64,000 nt of DNA from positions 62,001 through 126,000 of the forward strand of contig LVLI01000196.1 of NCBI GenBank assembly GCA_001687465.1. Reading direction: 5' to 3'. The notes under the pieces were generated by a model. That model did no database searches. It saw only the letters and a program-made list of their open reading frames with translations, and had not been told where the DNA came from. How positions within the stretch are numbered: position 1 is the stretch's first letter; each line of letters begins with the position of its first letter. Source of the stretch: Halocafeteria seosinensis. Its lineage: Eukaryota. This document shows, piece after piece, positions 1 to 11,802 of this stretch. The translations under genes and the position numbers were made by a program.

Positions 1-2
1 CT

Positions 3-1818
3 GAAGCTTCCGAAGATGTTTTGGAGTCGTTTCTCTATGATGTTAATCGAGTGGATGACGATGGCTTCTCACCTCTTATGTTGGCTTCAAGCAAGGGAAC
101 TACAGATGTTGCCTCACTCCTACTGAAAGGAGGTGCAAGATTAGGTGATACCGATTTCAATGGGAACACTGCTCTACATTTGGCATGCCAAAATGGGCAT
201 GACGAGATCATTAGCATGTTGGTCACAAACGGCGCCTCCCTGGATAAGAAGAATTTCTGCGGTGAGACTCCCCTGCATTCCCTGCTAGCAATGAATGCTA
301 ATACCGCTGTCAATACGTTCCCTTGTGAGCAGCTGCAACGCATTCATGCTCCCGACGAAACTAGTATGACCCATATAGAACTCTGCTTTGAGGCGCTTCT
401 CATGAGTGGGCGCACACCGGATTGCTGTGCAAGAAATGCGCAAGGCGAGGCACCATTGCATGTTGTGAGCATGAACCCACATTTGTCGTCTTTGATCCCC
501 TGGCTCGTTAGACATGGTGCGCTTGCAAACGACCCATTCGGAGACCAGCAAGCGTCCCCTCTACATTTAACATGCGGCTTTGACACTCAGTCGGGTGCAA
601 AGACTATAGAGAGGGTTCTTGATCCTCCAATCTCAAACGACACTGCAATATTATTGCTAAAATTTGGAGGCTCCCCGAACCAGCGTACCAAGGGGGCGAA
701 AGAAACACCGCTGCATGTGATATTACGGACAATAATAAACTGGAATATGTCCCGGAAACAGGTAGAAAAACAAGATGGCAAGGATAGTGAGAGCCCGGCT
801 CCGAACCCCGATGTGGAACAGAATCTTATCAAAGTTGCACTAAACCTCTGTGCTTTCGGTGCAAGACTCGATCTTAAAGATAAAAATGGGGTGGACGGCG
901 AACAACTAATTGAAAAGGTGGATAGCGTTCGAGGCAAGTCTATACGGTCTCATTTACAGAAAGCAACTAAAGATTACTTAAACGCCAAAGCCCCTCGGCA
1001 CGCATGCTTCGAACGCGACCAAGTTCCTGGCATGGAGGCCTCGTTCCTTGGACCCCAGAGTTCGCAGTCTAGAGAGCTAAAACAACAACGGAAGGGAACA
1101 CACATCAGTCTTCTTGTCCGGAAACCGTCAAACTTCCTTCAAGAAGCTGGAGTGTTTAAGAAACGCGTGCCAGACGACGCAGCGGAAGCGTGCTACATGT
1201 GTAGCAGCTCATTTAAAGCGCTTACCCGGCGGAAGCATCATTGCCGTAGCTGTTTTGCTTTGATATGCGATTTGTGCAGCCAAAAACGATTCCCGATCAA
1301 GTGTCCCTCTGAAACTGGCGAGTATGCATTTGAACCTAGTCGTGTTTGCGATGCTTGTTTCAACCGCTTGAGAACTGATGCGGATGATACCCGAAAGGCA
1401 GCTGTGATCCGCAAAGAACAAAAGTCACAGGTGTTAGAGAACGCCGAGACGGAGGCCGGAGCTTCCGAACCGGTAGGTCAGGGAGCATCGGCTGGCGCAA
1501 TGTCTACCTCCGCAAGTGCAGTATCGCGAGACACTCAAAGCCCCACAGAAAGAAGACAATACCAAAACTCTGAGGTACAACAGCAAGTAGAAAAGTCTCG
1601 ACAAAAGATGATGGAGAGAGGGGAGAAAATAAATGAACTCCGTAAGTTGGTTATTCCGTATGTGTAACTTAGGGGCCAACCTCTGACTCAATATGCAACG
1701 TGCAGAAGATAAGACTGCCGACATGGCTAAGAAGGCCGAAAGTTTCAACGATATGGCTGCACAATTGGCTGAATCACAAAAGAAGCGATCATCGATGTTC
1801 GGTGGCTTTTTTGGCTGA
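3..1818 (+). CDS. Ankyrin-repeat + FYVE zinc finger protein with C-terminal R-SNARE-like coiled coil (5'-partial; last intron 1642-1705)
   Basis: Ankyrin motifs GFSPLMLAS, GNTALHLAC, GETPLH, GEAPLH, KETPLH. FYVE signature RRKHHCRSC with CxxC pairs and RVCDAC. Intron gtaagt(1642)..ctgac..tgcag(1705) extends the frame to ERGEKINELQDKTADMAKKAESF...MFGGFFG* (TGA 1816-1818). Confidence 0.85.
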
Positions 1819-1995
1819 AGCTGGGTCACATGTAGGTAATCACGGTTAAAATTCTGTGACTCGCAAGCGTCTGTCGCCCTTCCACCATAGAAATGAACAC
1901 TGTAAATATTAGAATGTAGACTATGGGGAACTTCCCTTAGAGACTATAAACGACTGTACAAATAGTCCGCTCCGATAAATCGAAGTTTATGCCTC

Positions 1996-3819
1996 CTAGA
2001 ATCCAATAGATGCTCTTCTTCGTGCTCCCGACTGGCGCCTGGAACGGTTAGTGGGTGGGGAAGTCTTATGATCGGCAACTGGGAGGGCACGCGAAGATTG
2101 TCCAGTAGACACCGTGGCATCCTTTGGTTTAGTCGAGTTAGGTTGGCCATCTTGCTCAGACGGCTCATCATCAGGTTGGAGGACAAATCCTTGCCTGAGT
2201 CTTAGTATTGGGGCGCTTTTCCGTCTCCCTCTTGCATTACTCGTTTCCGGCTTGGGTGCCGTGTTTTCTTCTGAGGAAGAAGATTCGTGATTATCTGAAT
2301 CCATTCCCTCCGTAAATGTAACAATGCTTCCTCGCATTTTGCTCTTCCCACTCAGACTCTTTGTTTGGGGAGTTCCTGCAACGTCTTTTCGCCGATTTGC
2401 CCACCACTGCTGGCCAAATGTTTTTTTCTGAAAGAGGACTTGAAGGACCTTCAACGGATAGAGAAGCATATCATTCGACTGGCACAAGCTCCACCATTCT
2501 TTCCAAACTATTTCTGAGTTTTTTTCTTTAGGAGATTCCACATAGCGAACGCCGTGCTTGACATGATCCTTTTGCAGGCCAGCTACTCGCTTCCCTGTAC
2601 GTACTTGATCCTTTAGCATAGCAACTGCGAAATTGGGCTTCATCGGCTTCCGCGCGTGAGTTGTTCACTTAAAGGATGTCTCCCTTACCTCGCTTAAGCA
2701 CCGTTGAAACTGTTTTATTATACTCGTTGTACTCATCTCCATCTTCACTAAACTGGGCTTTAAAAGCCCCAGCAAGCTTCTCCGTGTGGACATTTTGGCT
2801 GAACTCTCCCGGAAGCAGAATAAGCCCATCCTTCAACTGATGCCGTGACATATGCTTGATTTTCCTTGTTTCGGAAGTTCCGAATGCCAGCGCATGCCAT
2901 GAAAGCAAACCCAGTTCCTTTTCGGTTGATAAACAAAGTCTTTCTGTAAACAGTAAGATAAATGCAATAATTGAATCACAAATATCTCAGGCGGACATAG
3001 GTGCATCCTTACCAACAGCCTGAACAAAATCAATTGGGTTCAGCCGCATAGTAAAGAAAGCTGAGTCGTTATTCGGAAGAGCGAACAGTTGATTGAAGAA
3101 AATGGATTTAGTCACTTCAGTTGACTTGGAATTTTTTTTCACGTATTTTTCCAGTTCATTAGGGGTAATGTAGCCAGACTTGCTACCGTTGATCTTTTCA
3201 TGTAGTGCACAAAGAGCCAATATCTTCCTGCGGGGCAGTCCCGGATTCAGCGACATGAACTGGACCAAATGCAACTCTTTCCTGGTGGTAGCGATAATGC
3301 CGCGCTTTTGCAAATAGCGGTAATTCACTGATATTGCGTATGCTGCTCTCCTTATAACAGAATCAGGATCATCGGCAACTCTCTTTCCCGGATTCTGCGA
3401 GAAAGTCCCGCACTTGTGCGTTAAATAAAGGCATCAGCGTAAGCAGCGTATGTTACTCACCACCAATATCTGAAGATTCACTAAGCAAGTATCAACTTCG
3501 TCTTTGGCATTTGTTACGTGTATGACTTGTTCGTCGTTCGTTTGCTTCCTGCGGGAACAACGTGTACTCCACCGTGGATTCAGTTGTGCAAAGCCAGTCC
3601 AATCACGATCGAGAGCAAAGTCAGAAACAGGAAGCGTCCCTCATGAGCGAAGCGGTTTACTAACCTTTTGTATTCCGTCTTCATATGGCGCTCTCCATTC
3701 CTTTGTCTTGCATCTTCGATGTACAGCTTTTGGATGATCTGCGCCGCAACCATCGGTACAAAATAACGGTCCTCGATGTACACTGCTATGTTTTCCACCA
3801 ACCAACCTTCAGATAGCAA
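1996..3819 (-). CDS. Hypothetical multi-exon protein, possible degenerate EF-hand family; paralog of 4322-6143 (5' end uncertain)
   Basis: Minus-strand ORF chain (3580-3819, 2987-3328, 2669-2908, 1996-2643) with splice-like junctions. LHEKINGSKSGYITPNEL resembles an EF-hand loop. WKEWWSLCQSNDMLLYPLKVLQVLFQKKTFGQQWW is shared with the neighbouring gene. Confidence 0.55.
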
Positions 3820-4321
3820 ACGATTTTGTCCAGTGGCAATTGTACAAGCTCCTCAATAGAAGCTGCAAGTATAGAGGTATAAATATACGCAAGTAATTGT
3901 GCTTAAACGTTGTTGCTTACACCCTAGTGGCATGTTCACGCCGACGACAGAAGCTCCGTAGCCGCGTCGTTTGCGGACCAAACTCGAGCATTCACAGCCC
4001 ATTCTTCAAAGTGCCAATCCAGTTATGGAGAAAAGTGGGACATATTATATGGTAATGGATCCTTTCACTGTGTGCAAGTGGTCGGATATCAAATCCAGCA
4101 GGTACAGCAACTGGCTACATGAGTTGTAGGTTGTAGTGCATTCTTGAAGTCAGCGAAATGGATCGCCTATACACTGTAATGAGTTTCGCTACTGTTGAAA
4201 AAAAGATGTGCACATGTAGCAATGCATACGATTTTACGAGTATGCTATACTCGTCCTTGCTGAACTGTCGCAAACCAATTTATCTGATGGCGTGAGATCC
4301 TTAGTGTTGAGGACGTGATCG

Positions 4322-6143
4322 TTACAATGGCTGAGACTCCATACGAGCCGCTCCTCTATTGACGAACTTCCTTACCTCCGTAGTACTCTGCGGATCTAGA
4401 GTTCTCCGGTTCTTCACCCAACCAGGACGAAGATCTTGTGCCTCCCTAGACTGAACCTGAATCATTTTCAAGTTGTTTTCTGAATACGTCTTGGTGATGC
4501 CTCCTTTGGTAACCTTATTGATTAAAAAGTTTTCATCTGTAACTACTGGAGGGTCTTTTCTTGGTTCCGTCAAAGGAGAAACCTGGGATGGTTTCGGTCG
4601 TGTAGGTTCAGGACGAGGACACCCGCTCGAAGCAGACGTTTCTGTCAACGCAGCTGCGCTTTCGGTGTCGGTACGAGGAGGGATACGAAAGGTGTCAGGA
4701 GAATGTTTGCCTGATATGAGACGTTCCAAAGAAGGTGTATGCGCTGGCGAACTCTTTCGGAGGTTACTCCCTGGGGAGCTTTCCTCCGAAAGAGTCGGTA
4801 ATCGTCCACTAGATGCCATCGCAAAGCTTCGTCGATTTTGTAGTCTCATTTGCTTGCTAATATTACTGTATACCTCGGAAGAGGCCGTGTGTGTTCGAGT
4901 TAAGAATCGTGAATGTTCTAGAGACCTTCTCTTGGGTAGCTTCTTCGTACTTCCCTCTTCAGTTTGCCTCGAGGGATCTGTCGCCTCCAACGGCTCTTGT
5001 GAAGGCTTAGATAGCTGCAGTTTTGCTTTGTATATCCTTTCTCTTTCCTCCTCAGCCTTTTTCATGCGTACAAGTAATGCCGATGTTTTCAAGTCAGTGA
5101 AAGATTTCTCCCGAGACTTCGCTGTGCGTTGCACAAGTTGTCGTCGAATTTTCCAGAATTTATCACCGAATGTTAGGTCAATGAACAGCTCCTGGAAAAA
5201 TTTCAATGGATAAAGAATGGCTTTTGTACTCTGGCATATAGACCAAAAGTCCTCAAAGCACATAAGGTAAGGGTTTCCTAACACAGGCGGTGCCACGTTT
5301 TGAACTCCATGCTTATTGTGGTCGTACTGGATACCAGGTCTTCGTTTGTGCTCGAGGATTTGCTTCTTAATTGACACTACTGCACGAGCACCATCCGTAA
5401 AACGTCACTTAAGGAAGGGAGGGCACTGAGGGACTTACCTCTCTCGAACATTGCCATCAACGCATGATTAAACTCTACCTTCTTTCGACCCTTTTCAGAA
5501 AGACCCTCTGGAAATTGCTCTGGGAGGGCCGTTACGTTGACAACTTCGTGAGAATCAGAAGCGATTGGTATCCCGCAGTCATCCACAAAGCTTGAAGTAC
5601 TATCTAGAGGCTTGGACAACACAGAGAATCCAAACTTTGCCAAGTCTCGCTCGTTCATTTGACAAAGAGCATCTGCAATAACTAATTTTGTAATTCTATC
5701 CGTTAGTGGGTCCGCCGGTGACATAACTCACCTATCGCTTCGACAAATCGCATGGGGTCAAAGTAGTTTCTTCTTCGTAGCGTTGCCGCAATGTGTGGGT
5801 CAGGAAGGTCAAAAAGTTTTGGGAAGAAAACAGAGTCGAAAACGGCTTCAGCTTGAGTTTTTTCCATCAGAAACGACTCCAATCTCGCCGTGCTAACCTC
5901 CCCTCTTTTGTAAGTGTCAATGGACGCATGCAACTTACATATTCTGGACACGTTTTTGAGCTCCAATGGAGGCTCAGACATATTGAACTCCTCTATTGGC
6001 ACCATAACTAAAGTGCTGAGGTTGTATCCGCTTTCCACCATCGCACGAGCTTGGGCTGAAAATAAGGCTGCTACTCTGTCCAGTTCATGACCCAGTTCTG
6101 CCTGATGGGCTACTCTGGCGCGAAAACTCATTTTGCTCTGCAC
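4322..6143 (-). CDS. Hypothetical multi-exon protein, possible degenerate EF-hand family; paralog of 1996-3819 (5' end uncertain)
   Basis: ORFs 5703-6143, 5377-5724, 4322-5377. LHASIDTYKRGEVSTARLESFL, VFFPKLFDLP, FDPMRFVEAIG and FEDFWSICQSTKAILYPLKFFQELFIDLTFGDKFW align with the upstream paralog. Long low-complexity Ser/Pro-rich C-terminus. Confidence 0.6.
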
Positions 6144-7316
6144 CGTAGTTACAACGGAAATCTCTTGTCCTGTTGGTCAACCAATTCTTTTCAGGGTTCA
6201 GGAAGCACACAGTACATACATGCCTCTTGAGAATTTCTTGGCACTCGTTTAGCTCCTTGTGGATATCATCTACGGCAATTGCAGTAGTTTCACCACCAGG
6301 TAGCCGCTCAAATCTGCACTTTTACAGAAAACTTTAATGCATTGTAAGCAAGCAGCTTTGTACTGAATAAACAAGATTATACTACTATTGTTTACCTGGT
6401 GTATTCCTCGACGATTGCAGTGCGCAGTTGATTTCGAGAGTGCTTGACATACAGCCCTTTTAAGTTCTGCATCTCGGGGTATGAACAATATCGCAGCCAG
6501 AGCAAAAACATCCGAGAGCAAACATACCCGTAAGTACAGTCTTAAATCGTTAACAGGTCTTTTGCGAAATTCTTCAAATGTGACTGAAAAGCATAGCAGT
6601 CGTAACACTCCTCAAACACATGGCAAGATGTTTGATGCTTACCGGGAACGGGTAACCTAGTCTTGACTCTGTTACCGGAGCATTGCCAGCAGTAGCCAGC
6701 AGATTGCATTTTCCAATGGCTGAGCAAGCTGGATGACCTATAGAAACGCTTTCAACAGCAACAAGGGTTTATTCCATGCCTTGTCACTTCTGGAAGCCAC
6801 AGCGACGCGCGGGACGTCTAGTATCTTGGCTGGTTCATCCGAGTATGTTGTTGCTTGTCCTTCAGTGTCCTTGATGCTCGGGTCGTCTTACCACAGTCTC
6901 AGATCGTGTGGATACATAGCCTAAGGGGCGATTACACATGCCGTTCCTTTCTTAGGCGAATACGGGTCACACCTGGACGATACTGGACTGGCTACTTCCG
7001 CTCACTCCGACAAGAGGGCACCGTACGAACAACAGGCATAAAACACAGAATATATATATCTTGACAAGTTTTTTCGTTTGTATTTCAGAAGGGACAATGC
7101 TACAACGCTTAGCTTGGTTGATTTAATTCTTGCGAGTTCGTGTAAAACCGACGTTGAAGTTACGTCCCTCGTGAGGCTCCGAGCCTCCGAGGAGTCCGAA
7201 CCTCCGGCTCGCGGGCATTCTTGAACTACACCATCCCAGTGAATTGATTTCTACAAGACGCTTTGATTCAGGCACATATAGCACACAGAACTAAGGGAAG
7301 AAGCAGCTACAAAAAT

Positions 7317-8190
7317 CTACGACGGTCGAGTGTCTGACACAGGAGATGTTGAAGAATGCGAGTTCCCACTGCCCGAGGATTGCCTCACTGTCGGTTTCGA
7401 TTTCTTCCTTGGAAGAAACAGGCTACTTTCTCGTGGATCTGCCACTACCCCTCGGTTGTTGGCTTCCGTCGACGCTGCTCCCGGCCGGCTTATTTCCCGG
7501 AAATCAGGGCGACTTCTCATTTGGGGAACGTAGGTGGGTCTATGGGAGCCTTCCTGAACAGTGTTAGTAGCAGTCCCAGTTGAAACGCTGCTAGATTCCG
7601 GGCCCGTCGAACACAATGAAGTGATAACGGTGCTTGCCGTAGCTACTGCAGGACTAAGAATGTCAGTAGCAGGATTGCGCACAGTAGACTCTATACGCTT
7701 CCTGTACTCCGGATTCCGAGATAGAGCGTTTATGATTTGCCGCGGTGACTTAATTTTCTGTTTTTTCTCTTTGGATTGTTTTTGACTACCCGTACTTCCA
7801 CCGCTTGCGAGGTTCCGTTTTGAAGCTCTGGTTCTAGTGGTCTCAGGAGCATTCAAAGCTACCACACAGCTTGCTCGCTCTATTACGAGCTCTTTGTTCT
7901 CGTAGTCCCATACCAACACTACATTATCTTTAGGACTACCAGAACATGCTCCTTGTAACGTTTTGCAGGTCGGATCACCAGCAGAGTTATCATTCTGCAA
8001 GTATAAGTTATGTGTCCACTCTCTGTTTAGACATGCACATCTGGGTGCTTACCTTCACACTCTGCAATACAACAGGATAAGCGCCCTCGTGGTCAGCTTG
8101 AGCAGCAACCGTGAGATGAGCAAATCCATGTGCTTTTGCATCCTCCTTGTTGTCTCCTGTAGGCACTGCATTAACCGAATAGACGACCAT
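7317..8190 (-). CDS. Hypothetical protein with possible EAF (ELL-associated factor)-like N-terminal domain; may have further exons toward ~6.2 kb
   Basis: Two ORFs joined by a gtaagc..cttgcag intron. NVVLVWDYENKELVIERASCVVAL resembles the EAF core strand motif, followed by basic, Ser-rich low-complexity sequence. Confidence 0.4.
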
Positions 8191-8936
8191 TCATCAAGCA
8201 GTCAGAGCCCATTGTCGCACTTACACTTGCTACGTACCTGTGGTGAGGACACCCGTTCTATTGTACCAGGAAGGACCATACCGTACCCTGAATCTACCTT
8301 GAAACATTGCGCTCAATGAAGGTACCTATTTACTGCCCCGCGGTGTCTGATAAAGGTTGCTTAGCTTCTGTGTGTCACGCATACAGGTAGTCCCAGCCCC
8401 AACGTGACTCCACGCGTCACTCTCCGGTCGACATACTGGACGATTCTCGGTAGATACACCTTAGGCCATTTCAATCACTGATAGATTACCGTTTCTAAAC
8501 AATATGCATATACTCTTCCTAATAATTCAGCAACGTAGTGTGCTACTCAAGCCGCTAGAGATGCTGAACACGCAGGTTGAAGTTGTGACATGCCGCATGT
8601 AGTACATGCCATGTACGTTCCAATGCATCTTCCTCTGCCTTCTATCTTCCACACAGACATTGCACATTCATGTGTACCATCTTGTTGATTCCAGGGCGAA
8701 TCCATCGCGATCGTATTAAATAATACACTTCGAAATTCAGCAAGTTGAAGTTGAGGTGGTGTTGGCAAGATATTCTTGGTCCTTTTAGCTTTTTCTATGC
8801 CAGTGGTTGGCTATACATGTGTATTAGGATTGGTCCTCCCGGAAAAAATTAGTCTACATGCTACATTTTCTCAAACATTGGTAGATGTTGCGTTAACCCT
8901 TATTGACGTGATCGGAAGGACCAGCCCAAGGAAAGC

Positions 8937-8944
8937 GCGCGAAA
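8937..8944 (-). promoter_or_regulatory. Canonical E2F/DP binding site (TTTCGCGC) upstream of the DP gene
   Basis: GCGCGAAA on the + strand, about 100 bp before the DP ATG at 9048; matches the TTTSSCGC consensus. Confidence 0.4.
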
Positions 8945-9047
8945 TTGGGGACGACTGCGGCGTCGCTGGCGCTATACACGCTGAGTGGGCAGCCCAGTGC
9001 TGCTTCACCGTCGTTTGTTCGGAGTAAAAGGCTTAAATTAAACAGAC

Positions 9048-10799
9048 ATGGCGTCCCGAACTCCTCCGCGGAGGACTACATCGTTATGGGCAACTTCTCC
9101 TTCATCCAATCCGGGCTTGGAAGGCGATCCATCGGCGTTCCACTCAGAGTTATTTCCAGCTGATATTTTTAATTCCATAACGAATGCGAACCTTGATGGG
9201 GAAGCCAGGGAAATTGGAATAATGCCTCCTGTGTCCTCTCCCGTGCGAACATCTACCAGTTCTGTATCCCGGGCAACACCCCAAAGGTAAGAGAGACCAT
9301 ACTCCACTGAGTCGGAAGTCGTCTCCACATTCCTACAATTGTATGGTTTCTTGGATCGCAGGAGTAGTAGTAAAGCTCCGTCTACTCCGGATCTACAAAA
9401 GGTAAAGGGACAAACTGTCAGGTCGATGAAGAATTTTGCGATACTATCGCATATCCAATTGAAGAGACTCGGGGAAGCATCTTATGGCCACGTATGTATC
9501 ACACATGTATCTCTCTGAGAGAGCAGTTATTCAATCCCAACCGCAACGTTACGTTTGCAGCTGGCTGATATTGTGATCAACGAGCTTGTGGAAGATGAGC
9601 CCTCACCCTCTAAACAGGGGACAAACTCGAAAGATCTGAGACGAAGGGTATTTGACTGTCTAAATATCATGGTCTCTCTTGGCTATGCCATCAAGATTGC
9701 ACCTCCTGGTAACTCAATATTGCCTGAGGAGCAAGCCATTGAGGAGAGCTTCAACTCGTCCAATATGTATAATCGATGGATCCGGTGGAGAGGAGAATCA
9801 TCAACAGCAATCGGGAGCCAGGAGGGTGTCAGTGGGGGGCTTCAGGAGGAACTGGGCCTCTGTAGACAGCAAATTCAGCAACAAAGACATCAGCTGCAGG
9901 AAAATCTACTAAAATACATCGCGTTTAGACGATTGTTACGGCGAAATAAAGCTCTACAGAAGAGCATTCCGAAACGAGAAAAACTGAAAGTACCGTTTTT
10001 ACTCATCTCTGTGCCCTCTTCAACAAACATTGAAGTCAACATAGACAGTAGCTCGAAACAAAGTGTGGCATTTTCATTTGACGGAACTTTCGAGTTGCAT
10101 GACGAGGCTGATGTGCTCCAACGGATGGGCCTCCAGTTAGTCAACGGCCCAGTACCCTATGCGGCGAGCCCTACTGCTGTGACACGCGATGAGGATGAGG
10201 ATGGCGATGGCGAAGACAGTGGGGAAAAGAACGCCTTAGTTCATGAAGAAGGGGTCCCTGTATCCAAAGACGTGCCAGGAATGATGCAGTCTTCCTATCT
10301 TCAATACTTATATACACCGTCGACTCCGGAAAGGAAGTCTGCATCTCAAGAGAAAAGCGACGACGATGGCAATGATATTACGAAAGATGCAGTATGTGCC
10401 GCCACAGTACAGCCTCAAGAAAGTTATTTTCCTGAGTCTTCCTTTCAGACCCCTTCGCGGAGCCGAACACAGATGCATCGGAATGCCGTTTCGCGCGAAA
10501 CGCTTTCCCCTGCTGCTCGAAGATTTCTACAGAAATTAGAGCAATCGCGCTCACCTCCCGCTCAACATCGTGAGTATTCTTCTGCGTTTACAGACCCGAT
10601 GGATGCTTCGCCTTCGTCTAACGCCGCAGTGGAAGGGAGAAGACCCAAGCGGCTCCTTGATGACGATTCCGCTGAAGACACCGCCTTGGCTTCTTTAATC
10701 CCTAATTCTCAGAAGAGGAGGAAGCTACGACCTCCTCCGCCTCGCCCAGAGTTGACACCCGATGACAAAGCCAATGAAAATAGTAATGGAAGAGAGTAA
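9048..10799 (+). CDS. TFDP: Transcription factor DP (E2F dimerization partner), multi-exon
   Basis: Winged-helix motif DLRRRVFDCLNIMVSLG, IRWRG, and DP dimerization domain LLKYIAFRRLLRRN...LKVPFLLI...VAFSFDGTFELHDEADVLQRMGL. Introns near 9286-9361 and 9492-9560. Confidence 0.88.
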
Positions 10800-11150
10800 A
10801 GACATAATAATGATACAAGCCACACCAATAACGCTGTTCATTTTCCTTAAATGACTTCTCTCAATGCGACGCAGATATATCTTGCAACTTGCCTGTTGGT
10901 GTGTAGACCAAAGACCTTCTCTTAGCTGCTTCGTCTTCCCGAAGTACATAAACAATAATCAACTGGGAATACTTGAAAGCAAGACACATTGGGAATCATG
11001 AGACGGGCTCCTCTGGCTTTCTAAGAACGGATGATCATCCTCATTCCGCTGGCTGCATCGATCTACGGCCACAGACAAGCGGTGGCTAGAGAAGAGCGCT
11101 GCTTAGTAATTGGGTTGCATTTCTCGCATATAGTTCTGCGAAAGCCAATG

Positions 11151-11464
11151 TCATATATGGTAAAGAATCATACTGTAGGGTTTCAAAGCTGTGGGGAATC
11201 CTACCTTAAGATCCGGCTCGAATATGAACTCTTTGTCCCCAGCAAACAAGCAGTCAAAGATGAGTAATGTCACAAATAATCCAGCTAGAAATGCCTGCAT
11301 TTCAGACGGGCGGTCAATGAAGAGTATACATGCACCCTTCGAAGGGTTCCATCGACACACATACCCATGCTATAAAGACCTGTCCTTGTGTAGCGAAAGC
11401 AAACACTACCAGGAAGAATATCAATACCAGATACGTATACTGTCGACACCCTCCGAATGCCATC
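11151..11464 (-). CDS. Possible small two-TM membrane protein (boundaries uncertain)
   Basis: Minus strand reads MAFGGCRQYTYLVLIFFLVVFAFATQGQVFIAW, then a gtatgt donor, then AFLAGLFVTLLIFDCLFAGDKEFIFEPDLK. Hydrophobic segments separated by an intron-like sequence. Confidence 0.3.
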
Positions 11465-11802
11465 GTGTTTGTACTGTACTGTAGTCCCTATACTTATGGG
11501 AAAGCTCTAAAAATTGCGCGTCTACCGTCTAAATAGCGCCCAGGAACCTTACCAATTCTACGCTGGAGAAGCTTGTGGACGGCCACTGGACGCTTCCGCA
11601 GGCACTCCGTCAATCATTCCTTGCACTCACAAGGAGATCATGCAGTTCTCGTGGGTGAAGCTGAGGAAGTAGTTGTAGGTAGATATTCTACTAGACAAAA
11701 AGAAGCAACGGCGGAAAGCGAGATAAAGGGGAAACAAGTAGAGGTTGGTGCGGTAAAGCTGTGCTTATTTTAAGACGCAACCCGCGTCGTGGTCGAACTG
11801 AA

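Noticed and set aside
4473..5213. 246-aa plus-strand ORF, and similar antisense ORFs such as 27119-27745 and 41809-42339
   Set aside because: Shadow frames opposite better-supported genes, with no recognisable motifs.
6270..7250. Short minus-strand ORFs and a ctccga-type repeat near 7170-7210
   Set aside because: Possibly exons of a neighbouring gene, but I could not build a consistent model or recognise a domain.
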